Virus record (IMG/VR): IMGVR_UViG_3300037309_000309
Location: 1 to 38,957 of that record
DNA: 38,957 nt
Source of the DNA: a virus
Lineage: Duplodnaviria; Caudoviricetes
Direction: 5' to 3' (one strand)
Shown here: in pieces, positions 1-9,430 of the stretch
Numbering within the stretch: the stretch's first letter is position 1
Layout of the letters: each line of letters begins with the position of its first letter
The notes under the pieces: model-generated
Databases searched by the model: none
The model's input: only the letters and a program-made list of their open reading frames with translations
Told to the model about the DNA's origin: nothing
Position numbers and translations under genes: made by a program

Positions 1-675
1 TCATATCTCCCTCCCGGTCCAGAATGCCCTTCCTGCGATCTTAAGCTGCTCGAACTCGTCGAGCGACACAAGCTCGGGCTTATAGGTCTCGTTGTCCGAC
101 ACGAGCAGGATACCGCCGGCGATCGCGGGCTGGTAGCGCTTCAGCCGCAGCCCGTCGGCCGTGCGGAAGGCGTAGACCTTGCCTGGCCGAACCTGACGCT
201 CCGAGCGGTCGATCAGCACGATCGCACCATCCTGGATCGTCGGCTCCATGGAATCGCCCCGCGCGGTGATCGCCTCGACCTGCGCCGGGTTGCGCCGCCA
301 GGCCTCGACGAAGAGCGGGCTGAACTGCAGCCAGGCGCGTGGCTCCTCGTCGAGCACCTCCGTGCCAGGCCCCGCCGAGGCCGTGATGTCCCGGAGCGGG
401 ATCATCACGACATCGCTGGTCGATCCAGGTTCTTGGACCGTGGCCGGTTCGTCTGAGGCCAGGGCATCTAAGGATACGCCCAGGGCTCTCGCCAGCGCCT
501 CGGCAACCGAGAGCTTCATTTCGGTACCCGACAGATACGAATTCAGGGTGCTGAGCGGTATTTCCGCGCGCGCAGCGACGAGCTTGTTCCCGCCGGCTCG
601 CTTGATCAGGCTCTTCAGCTTCAGCGCAAACGCTTCAGCATCTTGCATTGAAGCCTCGAAAAAATGCTCTGACAT
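1..675 (-). CDS. CI-like repressor (XRE HTH + S24 peptidase)
   Basis: N-terminal HTH (VAARAEIPLSTLNSYLSG), S24 motifs GDSMEPTI and LKR; divergent from ner. Alternative TTG start at 681. Confidence 0.93.
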   Translation of the reverse strand: MSEHFFEASMQDAEAFALKLKSLIKRAGGNKLVAARAEIPLSTLNSYLSGTEMKLSVAEALARALGVSLDALASDEPATVQEPGSTSDVVMIPLRDITASAGPGTEVLDEEPRAWLQFSPLFVEAWRRNPAQVEAITARGDSMEPTIQDGAIVLIDRSERQVRPGKVYAFRTADGLRLKRYQPAIAGGILLVSDNETYKPELVSLDEFEQLKIAGRAFWTGREI

Positions 676-680
676 CGCCA

Positions 681-745
681 AAAATCCAAAATCCTAGCTT
701 GACTAAAATCTAGGATCATGGATTGATCGGTCTAACAAGTTAGAC
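681..745. promoter_or_regulatory. Immunity switch: divergent promoter/operator region
   Basis: AT-rich; inverted repeat ATCCTAG(691-697)/CTAGGAT(710-716), palindrome GTCTAAC-AA-GTTAGAC (730-745), TTGACT at 699. Confidence 0.65.
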
Positions 746-796
746 TGCGCCGCATGGTTACCACGGCATGCGTGCCAAAGGGAGTCTGTTCGATCG

Positions 797-1072
797 ATGG
801 CACAGGCAACGGAAAAACAGCCCTGGCACCCGCAGGATATCATCGCAGCGGTGCGCAAGAAGGGCTCGAGCCTCCAGCGCCTCTGCCGCGAACACGGCTT
901 CTCGCGCGTGACCTTCAACCGCGCGACCAAGGAGCGCTTCCCGCGCGCCCATCAGGTCATCGCCGATTTCATCGGCGTGCCGCGCCAGGACATCTGGCCG
1001 CAATTCTACCACGAGGACGGAACCCCGCGCAGCTTCAGGCAGGTTCGCGCCGATCAGGCGAGGGCCGCGTGA
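797..1072 (+). CDS. ner: Ner-like transcriptional regulator
   Basis: WHPQDIIAAVRKKGSSL...IADFIGVPRQDIWPQFY matches Ner/Nlp; first early gene. Confidence 0.92.
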   Translation: MAQATEKQPWHPQDIIAAVRKKGSSLQRLCREHGFSRVTFNRATKERFPRAHQVIADFIGVPRQDIWPQFYHEDGTPRSFRQVRADQARAA

Positions 1073-1329
1073 TGATTTACCCCGTCACCGTCAGGGTCAT
1101 TTGGCCGAAGAAGCGGTCATACTGGTATCAAAATAGGTTCTACCGTGACGACGCGGAGCTAGAAGGTGGACTTCGCTGGCTCGACAAGATGGAGAAGCAG
1201 CGAGGCGCAATTCATTGCATCATGCCGCGCGGCTTCATGGCTCCTTGGATCGGCTGCGACGGTGAAATCCGGCTCGGCCGCTCCGGCGATGTCGTCACGA
1301 TGCTGGATGACCTCGCGAGGGCCGCGTGA
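1072..1329 (+). CDS. Hypothetical accessory protein (85 aa)
   Basis: TGATG coupling at both ends; more AT-rich than neighbours. Confidence 0.65.
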   Translation: MIYPVTVRVIWPKKRSYWYQNRFYRDDAELEGGLRWLDKMEKQRGAIHCIMPRGFMAPWIGCDGEIRLGRSGDVVTMLDDLARAA

Positions 1330-2147
1330 TGACCGAGCGCGCTCTCTTCGGGGAAATCACCGCGATCCCGCTCGCCGAGATCGACGCCACGGACCGCCTT
1401 CGCCCGGTCGATCCGGCGCATGTCGAGGCGATTGCCGCCTCCATCGCCCAGATCGGTCTTACGGCCCCGATCGTCCTTCGGCCGGATGGCAATCGCTTCC
1501 GGCTCGTCGCCGGCGCGCACCGGCTCGAAGCCGTCCGCACGCTCGGATGGGAGAGCATCGACGCGATCGTCGAGAATATCGAGCCGGACGAGGCGCGGCT
1601 GGTCGAAATCGACGAGAACCTGATGCGCCGCGAACTCTCCGCGCTCGACAAGGCCCTGTTCTTCGAAGAGCGGCAAGCGGTTTATCTGCGCGTGTTCCCT
1701 GAAGCTAAGGCACTGGGAAGAAAGCCGAAAAAAATACGGCAAACATTGCCGAATTTCGGCATGTCCTTTGCCGCGCACACCGCCAAGCGAACCGGACTGT
1801 CCGAGCGGACCATCCGCTTGAGCCTTGAGATGGTCCGGAACCTGCACCCCGAGGCCCGCGATCTCCTGCGCCTCTCCGATCTTGCCGACAATCAGGCGCA
1901 GCTCCTCAAGCTCGCGTCGATGCCGGCGGAGGAGCAGGTCGCGGTGGCCCGCGCCATCGTCGAGGGCAAGGCGCGCGCGCCGAAACAGGCGCGGCTCGCT
2001 TTGGGGCTCGACGCGATGGTCGCCATCGAGCCGGGGGAGAAGCTCTTCGTCGCCTTCCTCGGCCTATGGGCGCGCATGGACGCGGCCACCAAGCGCCGGG
2101 TGACCGCCTACGTTTCGGACAGCACCCGCAAGAAGGCCAGCAAGTGA
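1329..2147 (+). CDS. ParB N-terminal domain protein
   Basis: PIVLR...LVAGAHRLEA, EIDENLMRRELS, then an HTH-like segment. Confidence 0.88.
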   Translation: MTERALFGEITAIPLAEIDATDRLRPVDPAHVEAIAASIAQIGLTAPIVLRPDGNRFRLVAGAHRLEAVRTLGWESIDAIVENIEPDEARLVEIDENLMRRELSALDKALFFEERQAVYLRVFPEAKALGRKPKKIRQTLPNFGMSFAAHTAKRTGLSERTIRLSLEMVRNLHPEARDLLRLSDLADNQAQLLKLASMPAEEQVAVARAIVEGKARAPKQARLALGLDAMVAIEPGEKLFVAFLGLWARMDAATKRRVTAYVSDSTRKKASK

Positions 2148-2374
2148 TGAACAGCATCCTTAAATCTGAGCGCCACCAAACCGCCCTCCAGCTTGAGAAG
2201 CAGATCATCGGCGACCCTCCTCGGGGTTCCGAGTTTCGGCAACATGCCAAGCAAATTCGCGCAGAACGCCAGATCGGGCGGTTCCTGCGCTACGAAATCG
2301 ATGAGGCCGAGCTTCGCCAACGCCTGCAAGCCATCGCGGCGGATGCCGGCGCATCAGCTGAGGCCGCGCCGTGA
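2147..2374 (+). CDS. Hypothetical protein
   Basis: TGATG coupled start, GTGA overlap with next gene. Confidence 0.6.
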   Translation: MNSILKSERHQTALQLEKQIIGDPPRGSEFRQHAKQIRAERQIGRFLRYEIDEAELRQRLQAIAADAGASAEAAP

Positions 2375-2673
2375 GCCGCTCTCTGACAACCTGCCATCAC
2401 AAGCCTTGGGCACTCGTCCGCCGGAATGGCGACACCGCCGGCCGGCGCGTCTCGACGCGGATGACGTATCTCGTCGGTACCATCGTGCGTGACGGAAAAG
2501 CCGTCGCGGTCACCGGCTTCGTCATGAATAGCGACCTGACCGGCTGGACCAAGCATCCGCGACGGATCGAGTGGTCAGACATCGTCACGACATGGCGGCG
2601 TCAGCCTACCGCCGAAGAGGTCAAAAGAGCCAAGACGCGATTGCCGATCGCCGCCGCCGGAGTCGGCGCATGA
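2371..2673 (+). CDS. Hypothetical protein
   Basis: Overlap-coupled on both sides. Confidence 0.65.
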   Translation: MSRSLTTCHHKPWALVRRNGDTAGRRVSTRMTYLVGTIVRDGKAVAVTGFVMNSDLTGWTKHPRRIEWSDIVTTWRRQPTAEEVKRAKTRLPIAAAGVGA

Positions 2674-4862
2674 AGCTCTGGTACTCCGCCGCCGAGCTCG
2701 CCGCTTTGGCGCTTCCCGGCCTCCCCGAACGGGCCGAGAGCCTCGCCCGGCTGGCCGAGCGCAAGGGCTGGAATGCCTCGCGCTTTGCCCGGCTGCGCAG
2801 GGGGCGTGGCGGCGGCATGGAGTACCGGATCGAGCTTCTGCCTATCGACGCGCGCATGGCGCTTCTCGGCACATCGATCGAACCCGAGGCGGGCGCGATG
2901 GCCGCCTCGGCCGCGCCCGATGCCGCTTCCGGCACCACCGAGGCGGCGCGGGGCGGTCGGGATGCGCGGCTGCATCTTCTCGGCATGTTCCGCGCCTGGC
3001 GCGAGGCGACCGGCCTTCCGACCTGCACCGCGACCGCGAACTTCGCGGATCTTTACAATGCCGGCCGTATCGAGGCGCCGGATTGGGTGCGCGCGGCGGT
3101 GAAATCCCTTTCACGGTCGACGCTTTTCCGCTGGCTCTCGACTGCGCGCGAGGGCGATGTCGACCGGCTTGCGGTGGATCGCGGCGCGGCGCGGCGCGGC
3201 AAGGGCGTGCTCGACGAGGCCGAGGGCGGCGCGATCAAGGCCAAAATCCTCACGCTCATCGCCCATCAGCCGCATCTCACGGCCGATCATCTGCGCACCA
3301 TCTGCCGCGATGCCTTCGGCGATACCATCACCTGGCGCGATCGAGCCGTGCCGATGCCGGGTGTCCGCGCGTTTCAACTGGTGTTGAAGCGGCTCAAGGT
3401 GAGCCATCGGGTCGAGCTGCTCGCGCTCCACAACCCGGACGCCTTCAAATCGCGCATGCGCATCTCGGGCTCGCGGGCGCATCTTGTCACCGCGCTCAAC
3501 GGCCTCTGGGAGATCGATGCCTCGCCGGCGGATGCGCTCTGCCGGGACGGGCGCCACTCGATCTATGTCTGCGTCGATGTTTTCTCGCGCCGTCTCATCA
3601 CCTTCGTGAGCCGCACCGCGCGCGCCGAGGCGGTGGGGATGCTGCTCAAGAAGGCGCTCATCGCCTGGGGCGTGCCGGATCGGATCAAGACCGATAACGG
3701 CTCGGATTTCACCGCCCGCGCGACGCGCCGCCTGCTCGCCCAACTCCGGATCGAGACCGAGACCTCGGCACCGTTCTCGCCGGAAGAAAAAGGCGTGATC
3801 GAACGCGCGATCGGGACGGTCCAGCGGGACGTGATGCCGCTTCTGCCCGGCTTCGTCGGGCATTCGGTCGCGGATCGGAAGGCGATCGAGAACCGCAAGG
3901 CATTTTCGAAACGCCTGGGGCAGGACGATGCCCGCGCCTTCGAGGTCGATCTCACCGCCTCGGAGCTTGCCTCCTATCTCGACCGGCTGATCGAGGATCG
4001 CTACGCGCACCGGCCGCATGGCGGGATCGGCAAGGCGACGCCCTTCCAGATGCATGCGAGCTGGTCCGGCCCGATCCGTCGGATCGAGGATGAGAGCGCG
4101 CTCGCGATCCTGCTCGCGCCGGTCGCGGGCAAGGATGGGCTCCGGCAGGTCGGCAAGCAGGGGATCCGCATCGACGGCTCGCATTACCTCGCCGCCAACC
4201 TGATGCCCGGCGACACCGTGTTCTGCCGCATGGACCCGCTCGATCTCGGGCGGCTCTTCGTCTTCGCCGAGGATGGCGAGACCTTCCGCGCGATCGCGAT
4301 CTGCCCCGAACTCGCCGGCACCGATCCGGCGGCAGCGGTGGCGGCGGCGCAGGCCGCTCAGAAGGCGTTCATCGCCGAGCGCGTCGCGCCGATCCGCAAG
4401 GAAGCCGCGAAGATCAAACCGCGTGACATGGTCGACGCGGTTGCCAGGCAGGCCGCGAAGGATGCCGGCAAGCTCGCCGAGTTCCCCAAGAAGGCCATCC
4501 GTCATTCGACCCCGGCGCTCGATGGCGCGGCGGAGACCGGCCGGGCGCTCGATATCGCGACCGGCCGGCGTGCCCCGAAACCGAATGCGCCCAGCGCGGC
4601 AGAGACCGCGATGCTCGCGCGGATCGAGGCGGAGATCGGCGCGGCTTCCGCGCCGGAAGCCCCGGCCAAAATCCAGCCGCTCCGCCCGCAGGAGACCGAT
4701 CATCAGCGCTTCCGACGCGCGCTCGCGCTTGAGGAACGCGTGGGCCTCGGCGAGGCGATCGACACGGACGCGGCGATCTGGCTCGGCGGCTACCAGCAGA
4801 CCGCGGAATACCGGGCGCACAAGCGCCTGCATCAGCAGTTCGGAGACGCGGCGTTGCGTTGA
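2670..4862 (+). CDS. MuA-like DDE transposase
   Basis: N-terminal Mu HTH (WYSAAELA..LPGLP..RGGGMEY); DDE core EIDASPAD / TDNGSDF / EKGVIER. Confidence 0.95.
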   Translation: MKLWYSAAELAALALPGLPERAESLARLAERKGWNASRFARLRRGRGGGMEYRIELLPIDARMALLGTSIEPEAGAMAASAAPDAASGTTEAARGGRDARLHLLGMFRAWREATGLPTCTATANFADLYNAGRIEAPDWVRAAVKSLSRSTLFRWLSTAREGDVDRLAVDRGAARRGKGVLDEAEGGAIKAKILTLIAHQPHLTADHLRTICRDAFGDTITWRDRAVPMPGVRAFQLVLKRLKVSHRVELLALHNPDAFKSRMRISGSRAHLVTALNGLWEIDASPADALCRDGRHSIYVCVDVFSRRLITFVSRTARAEAVGMLLKKALIAWGVPDRIKTDNGSDFTARATRRLLAQLRIETETSAPFSPEEKGVIERAIGTVQRDVMPLLPGFVGHSVADRKAIENRKAFSKRLGQDDARAFEVDLTASELASYLDRLIEDRYAHRPHGGIGKATPFQMHASWSGPIRRIEDESALAILLAPVAGKDGLRQVGKQGIRIDGSHYLAANLMPGDTVFCRMDPLDLGRLFVFAEDGETFRAIAICPELAGTDPAAAVAAAQAAQKAFIAERVAPIRKEAAKIKPRDMVDAVARQAAKDAGKLAEFPKKAIRHSTPALDGAAETGRALDIATGRRAPKPNAPSAAETAMLARIEAEIGAASAPEAPAKIQPLRPQETDHQRFRRALALEERVGLGEAIDTDAAIWLGGYQQTAEYRAHKRLHQQFGDAALR

Positions 4863-4875
4863 GCGTGCCCGGAAC

Positions 4876-4902
4876 AAAAAGGGCCCCGGATGAACCGGGG
4901 CC
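4876..4902 (-). terminator. Hairpin with minus-strand U tract between MuA and MuB
   Basis: GGCCCCGG-ATGAA-CCGGGGCC preceded by AAAAA on the + strand. Confidence 0.5.
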
Positions 4903-4927
4903 GCAAAGGCTAGCGAAGGAACGATAC

Positions 4928-5680
4928 ATGAAAGAGACACGATTGATCAAGGATGCGACAAGGCCGGCTTTCGCGCCCCTTCGGAACGTTGCGGCGATGG
5001 GGGTTCTGGTCGAGCGCCTCACCGGCCGCGCGATGCACCTGCCGGGCTTCGGCGTCTTCCACGGCTATTCCGGCTACGGGAAAACCTACGCAGCGACCTA
5101 CGCCCAGAACGCGACCGGCGGGCCGCGCGTCGATATCGGCGAGAGCTGGACCAAGAAGACCCTGCTCCGTTCCATCCTCAAGGAGCTCGGCGTCAACGAT
5201 CCGCGCGGCACGATCCCGGATCTCGCCGAGGAGGTGATCGGCCGGCTCGCCGAGCCTGGTCATCCGCCGCTCTTCATCGACGAGGCCGACAAGCTCCTCG
5301 GCAAGGGCATGATCGAGCTCGTCCGCGAGATCCAGGAGGGGAGCCAGTGCCCGGTGATCCTGATCGGCGAGGAGATGCTGCCGCAAAAGCTCGAGCGATC
5401 GGAGCGAACCCATAACCGGGTGCTTGAATTCGTCACGGCTCAACCCTGCGATCTCGACGACGCGCGCAAGCTTGCCGCCGCGATCGCGCCGCGCTTCACG
5501 TTCTCGGATAGCCTGCTCGCACGGATCCTGACCGAGACCGAGGGCCGGGCGCGCCGCATCGTCACGAATATCGACCGCTGCGCGGAATGGGCGCGGCGCC
5601 AGGGCGTGCAGGCGATCGACGAGGGCTACGGCGAGCCGCTCTATACCGGCCGCTCGCCGATCCGCCGGAGGGTCGCGTGA
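4928..5680 (+). CDS. MuB-like AAA ATPase
   Basis: Walker A GYSGYGKT, Walker B LFIDEAD; follows the transposase. Confidence 0.94.
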   Translation: MKETRLIKDATRPAFAPLRNVAAMGVLVERLTGRAMHLPGFGVFHGYSGYGKTYAATYAQNATGGPRVDIGESWTKKTLLRSILKELGVNDPRGTIPDLAEEVIGRLAEPGHPPLFIDEADKLLGKGMIELVREIQEGSQCPVILIGEEMLPQKLERSERTHNRVLEFVTAQPCDLDDARKLAAAIAPRFTFSDSLLARILTETEGRARRIVTNIDRCAEWARRQGVQAIDEGYGEPLYTGRSPIRRRVA

Positions 5681-6225
5681 TGCAAGCGGATCGCCTCTGG
5701 CACATCATCACCACGCTTCAGCGCGCCTACGGGTGGGTCGATTCGGACGCGCTTGTTGCCATTGCGGGCCTCGAGCACCGGGCGATGGCAAAGCGCTATG
5801 TGCTTTTCCTCACGCGCGAGAGCGTGCTGCGCAAGGTCGGCGACGATTTCAAGGTCATCCGGCCCGGTTCCGCGCCGCCGATCGCCCGTGCGGCATCGAC
5901 GGCGGCGGATGCGGCACAACAGGCAATGTGGACCGCGCTCAGATGCACCGCAACCACCACGGCCGAGGAACTGGCGATGGCGGCCTCCTCGCCCGACCGT
6001 CTCGTCTCCCCCATCACAGCACGCGCCTGGCTGGCCGCGCTGGAGCGGTGCCGGCTCGTGTACCGGCTTCCCGGCACAAGGAGCGTGCGCCTCCTGCCGC
6101 GATCGAATACCGGCCCGCGCGCGCCCATTCTGCTCGAGAACGGGTATTTCGACATCAATTTGATGCGGGCGGTTAACGTTACCGCGTCATCTCCCGTCAA
6201 CCATGAACCGGGGAGGGCGGCATGA
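5680..6225 (+). CDS. Mu-like phage early protein, probably DNA-binding
   Basis: Coupled ORF after B; QQAMWTALR...NTGPRAP motif. Confidence 0.7.
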   Translation: MQADRLWHIITTLQRAYGWVDSDALVAIAGLEHRAMAKRYVLFLTRESVLRKVGDDFKVIRPGSAPPIARAASTAADAAQQAMWTALRCTATTTAEELAMAASSPDRLVSPITARAWLAALERCRLVYRLPGTRSVRLLPRSNTGPRAPILLENGYFDINLMRAVNVTASSPVNHEPGRAA

Positions 6226-6641
6226 AGCGCGGCCCGAAACCCGGCGCGGCGCGCGTCTCGCCGCTCGAGAAAGCCCGCGAGGCCTGGGGCTCCGGCATCC
6301 CGGCGGAGATCGAGGCGCTCGCCCGCGCCTGCGGGCAACGGACGGCAAATGTCGTGGCGCGCGAGATCGGCGCCTCGCCGGCCCTGGTGAGCCACGTTCT
6401 CGCACGTCGCTACCCCGGCGACATGGACCTGGTCTTCGCGAAAATCCGGGGCGCGCTGATGGGCGAGCAGGTCGAATGCCCGGTGCTCGGGCTGATCGGC
6501 ACCAAGCGCTGCTTAACCGAGCAGAAGCGGCCCTTCGCCGCCACCAATTCCATCCGCGCCAGGCTCTTCCATGCCTGCCGCGCCTGCCCGAACAACCGCA
6601 GAAACACCGAAAAGCCTCTCGCGGAGCACCCCGATGTCTGA
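6222..6641 (+). CDS. HTH regulator with Cys-rich C-terminus
   Basis: VAREIGASPALVSHVL; CPVLG..C..CRACP. Confidence 0.8.
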   Translation: MKRGPKPGAARVSPLEKAREAWGSGIPAEIEALARACGQRTANVVAREIGASPALVSHVLARRYPGDMDLVFAKIRGALMGEQVECPVLGLIGTKRCLTEQKRPFAATNSIRARLFHACRACPNNRRNTEKPLAEHPDV

Positions 6642-6909
6642 GTTCTCAACCGCGGAAGAGTTCCGCTTTCTTGCTGTTCAATGCGAAGCGCAGGCCGCAG
6701 GCACGCACCGCGAGCAGGACGACCAGTTTGTCCGGTTCCTGGCGGCCAACATCTTCACGCTCGGCGGTCACGCGGCGATCGAGTTCATCGCGCACCTGAT
6801 CGCCGAAGTGATGGCGCCCTCCGAACCGATCCCCGACGTGCTGCGCCGGACGGCCGACGCCCTCCGCGCCAGCGCCGAGCGGCTCGAGGCGCGCGGGAGG
6901 GCGGCATGA
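6634..6909 (+). CDS. Hypothetical protein
   Basis: GGAG RBS, overlaps both neighbours. Confidence 0.6.
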   Translation: MSEFSTAEEFRFLAVQCEAQAAGTHREQDDQFVRFLAANIFTLGGHAAIEFIAHLIAEVMAPSEPIPDVLRRTADALRASAERLEARGRAA

Positions 6910-7598
6910 ACGCCCTCACCCCGCATGTCGTCCCCGGGCTGATCTCGATGCGGCAGATTATCGATCTGGCCGCGCGGCATTTTGGCGTCACGCCGGCGGA
7001 TATCGTCTCGACCCGGCGCGAGCGGTCGATCCTCGAGGCGCGGCACGCGGCGATGTACGCGGTGCGCGAAATCCTGCCGCGCTCCTACCCGGAGATCGCG
7101 CGCGCCTTCGGCGACCGCGATCACACATCGATCATCCACGCGGTCCGCCAGGTCACACAGCGCATGCTGCTCGACCACGCCTACCGGACCGAGATCGAGG
7201 CGTTTATCGCATCGTGCCGGGCCGAGCGGCCGGCCGGCCCGGCGGACGGCGATCCCTTCATGGCCGCCGCGCGGATCATGCAGCAACCCACGCTCGCGAC
7301 CAACGCCTCGGTCGAAACCATCCGCGATTTCGCGGCCATCGTCTCGGCCGCGCTGACCGAGGCGAGCCGGCAGGATGCGGAGGCCGAGGCGGAGGCCAAT
7401 GCGCGGGCCGCCGAGGTCGAGAGCCTGCGCGAGCGGCTCGCGGCGATCGAACCGGAAATCATCAGCTTCGTGCATGCCTTCTGGGTCCTCGGCCGGTCGA
7501 GCGAACGCGGCCGGCTGCGCGCACAGGAGGCCCTCGAGCGCCGTGCCGAGGCGCTGGTCGAGAAGGCCGCGCCCCTCTTCAAGATCGAAAGGACCTGA
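6906..7598 (+). CDS. DnaA domain IV (C-terminal HTH)-containing protein
   Basis: ARHAAMY...SYPEIARAFGDRDHTSIIHAVRQV resembles the DnaA signature RDHTTVxHA. Confidence 0.88.
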   Translation: MNALTPHVVPGLISMRQIIDLAARHFGVTPADIVSTRRERSILEARHAAMYAVREILPRSYPEIARAFGDRDHTSIIHAVRQVTQRMLLDHAYRTEIEAFIASCRAERPAGPADGDPFMAAARIMQQPTLATNASVETIRDFAAIVSAALTEASRQDAEAEAEANARAAEVESLRERLAAIEPEIISFVHAFWVLGRSSERGRLRAQEALERRAEALVEKAAPLFKIERT

Positions 7599-7599
7599 C

Positions 7600-8130
7600 A
7601 TGAGCCGCAGCAAGACAAGGGGCGCGAACCTCCCCGTGCCGCAGAGCCGCGAGGAAGCGGCCGAGGCGGTGAAGCGGATCGGCATTTTCAACCGGCAGAT
7701 CGCTAGGCTTGAAGCCGATTTGAATGATGAGATCGCCGAGATGAAGCGCGCGGCCGAGAACGCCGCGCAGCCGCTGAAGGATCAGGCCGACGCCGCCACC
7801 GAGGGCCTCAAGCTCTGGGCCGAGGCGAACCGCGACCGGCTCACCGATGGCGGCCGCGTGAAATTCGCCGATCTCGGCACCGGCAAGATCAGCTGGCGCT
7901 TCCGCCCGCCGAGTGTGCGGCTCTCCAGGGTCGAGCAGGTGATCGAGGGCCTCAAGACCCTCGGGCTGCAGCGCTTCATCCGCGTCAAGGAGGAGCCGAA
8001 CAAGGAGGCGATGCTTGCCGAGGCCGAGCTCGCCCGCACGGTCGCCGGCGTCTCGATCGGCACCGAGGGCGAGGATTTCATCGTCGAGCCGTTCGAGGTC
8101 GAGCTCGCCGCCGCGAAGGGGGATGCGTGA
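7600..8130 (+). CDS. gam: Mu Gam-like host-nuclease inhibitor
   Basis: WAEANRDRLT..GKISWRFRPPSV..FIRVKEEPNKEAML..GEDFIVEP. Confidence 0.93.
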   Translation: MSRSKTRGANLPVPQSREEAAEAVKRIGIFNRQIARLEADLNDEIAEMKRAAENAAQPLKDQADAATEGLKLWAEANRDRLTDGGRVKFADLGTGKISWRFRPPSVRLSRVEQVIEGLKTLGLQRFIRVKEEPNKEAMLAEAELARTVAGVSIGTEGEDFIVEPFEVELAAAKGDA

Positions 8131-9005
8131 TGGCGAACGCATCCGCTGAAGCCAAGCACGCCGGCGTTATCCTTTCGGGTGGTTCGTTTGTCGAACCGCA
8201 CCGGCCGCGCGACACGATGCGGCGGATCATCGAACTGCCGGTCCGTGAGGCGATGTTCGCGCGGCTGGTTGAACTCGCCCGAAAGCAAGGGCGTACGCCA
8301 GCGCAATACGCCTTCGAACTCTTCGAGGCCGCCTATTCCGCGCGCTCGGCACCGACCGGCGATCGCGCGCTCGATGCGGCCGTCGCCGCGATCGATATGC
8401 GGCGGGACGAAGACGCCGAGGCGATGCAGGCCGCGATCGAGACCGACAAGGCGACGATCGCGCGTCTGCAATCGGAACTCGACGAGCTCCGCACCGAGCG
8501 GGATGCCTGGCGCGACGATGCCACCGTGAACGACGAGGCCCTGCAGGCGATCGGCGAGGAATTCGGCATCCACGCGGGCGAACACCGGATCGAGGGCGTC
8601 CGCCGCATCCTCGGCGAACTGCGTGCCGAGCGTGATTCTCTCCTCGCCGAACGCGATGCGGACCGGCTGCGCGCGGCCGAGATCGAAAAGGTCGCCGAGA
8701 TCGCGCGGGCGCGCCTTGCCGAGATGAAGGTGGTCGCGCCGCCGATCATCGAACCGCCGACGACGCGCCTGCACATCAACGGCGAAAAGGAGCGTTCGCC
8801 CGAGAGCCAGGCGGCGCTCGCGGCTCTGGCCAAGGCGGCGCGGGATGCCATGCTCGGAACGCCGGCGATCGAAGTCGAACCCGACGCGGCGACCATCCGC
8901 GCCGTGCGCGGCCTGCGCGCGGCCGGCAATTCGGCGATCGAGGTGGCGCGGACCCTGAAGCTCCCGCTCGAAACCGTGCGCCGGATCCTCGGAGGCGGCA
9001 AATGA
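8127..9005 (+). CDS. Hypothetical coiled-coil protein with C-terminal HTH
   Basis: Coupled ORF, heptad-like middle, SAIEVARTLKLPLETVRRIL. Confidence 0.7.
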   Translation: MMANASAEAKHAGVILSGGSFVEPHRPRDTMRRIIELPVREAMFARLVELARKQGRTPAQYAFELFEAAYSARSAPTGDRALDAAVAAIDMRRDEDAEAMQAAIETDKATIARLQSELDELRTERDAWRDDATVNDEALQAIGEEFGIHAGEHRIEGVRRILGELRAERDSLLAERDADRLRAAEIEKVAEIARARLAEMKVVAPPIIEPPTTRLHINGEKERSPESQAALAALAKAARDAMLGTPAIEVEPDAATIRAVRGLRAAGNSAIEVARTLKLPLETVRRILGGGK

Positions 9006-9430
9006 CCCGCCCCTCCGACCGCGACCGGTTGATCCGCGTCATCCATGTCGCGAAGCGCCAGCTCAAGCTCGAGGATGCTGAGTACCGCGCGGTCCTGCGC
9101 GCCGCTTTCGGCAAGGAGAGCTGCACCGAGATGACCGATGCCCAGCTCTGGGTGGTGATCGGCGAGTTCGAGCGCATGGGCTTCAGGCGCACCGGCACCG
9201 GCGCGCCGGACGGGAAGAAGAGCGAGCGCAAGGTCATCCGCCTGATTTTCGGGCTCTGGACCGAGCTTGGCCGGAAGGGGCTGATCGAGAACCCCTCGCG
9301 GCCCGCGCTCCTCGCCTTCGTCGCCCGCATGACCGGGGTGAGCCATCCCGATTGGCTCGATAATGCGCAGGCCACGAAGGTGGTCGAGGCGCTCAAGGCG
9401 ATCCGTAATCGCGGGAGGGTGGCGTCGTGA
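9002..9430 (+). CDS. gemA: GemA/gp16 family protein
   Basis: IHVAKRQLKLEDAEYRAVL..GKESC..; KVVEALKA. Confidence 0.92.
   Translation: MTRPSDRDRLIRVIHVAKRQLKLEDAEYRAVLRAAFGKESCTEMTDAQLWVVIGEFERMGFRRTGTGAPDGKKSERKVIRLIFGLWTELGRKGLIENPSRPALLAFVARMTGVSHPDWLDNAQATKVVEALKAIRNRGRVAS

Noticed and set aside
3111-4940. 609-aa minus-strand ORF and similar long antisense ORFs (e.g. 32704-33912, 37461-38873)
   Set aside because: Shadows of well-supported GC-rich genes with no recognisable motifs
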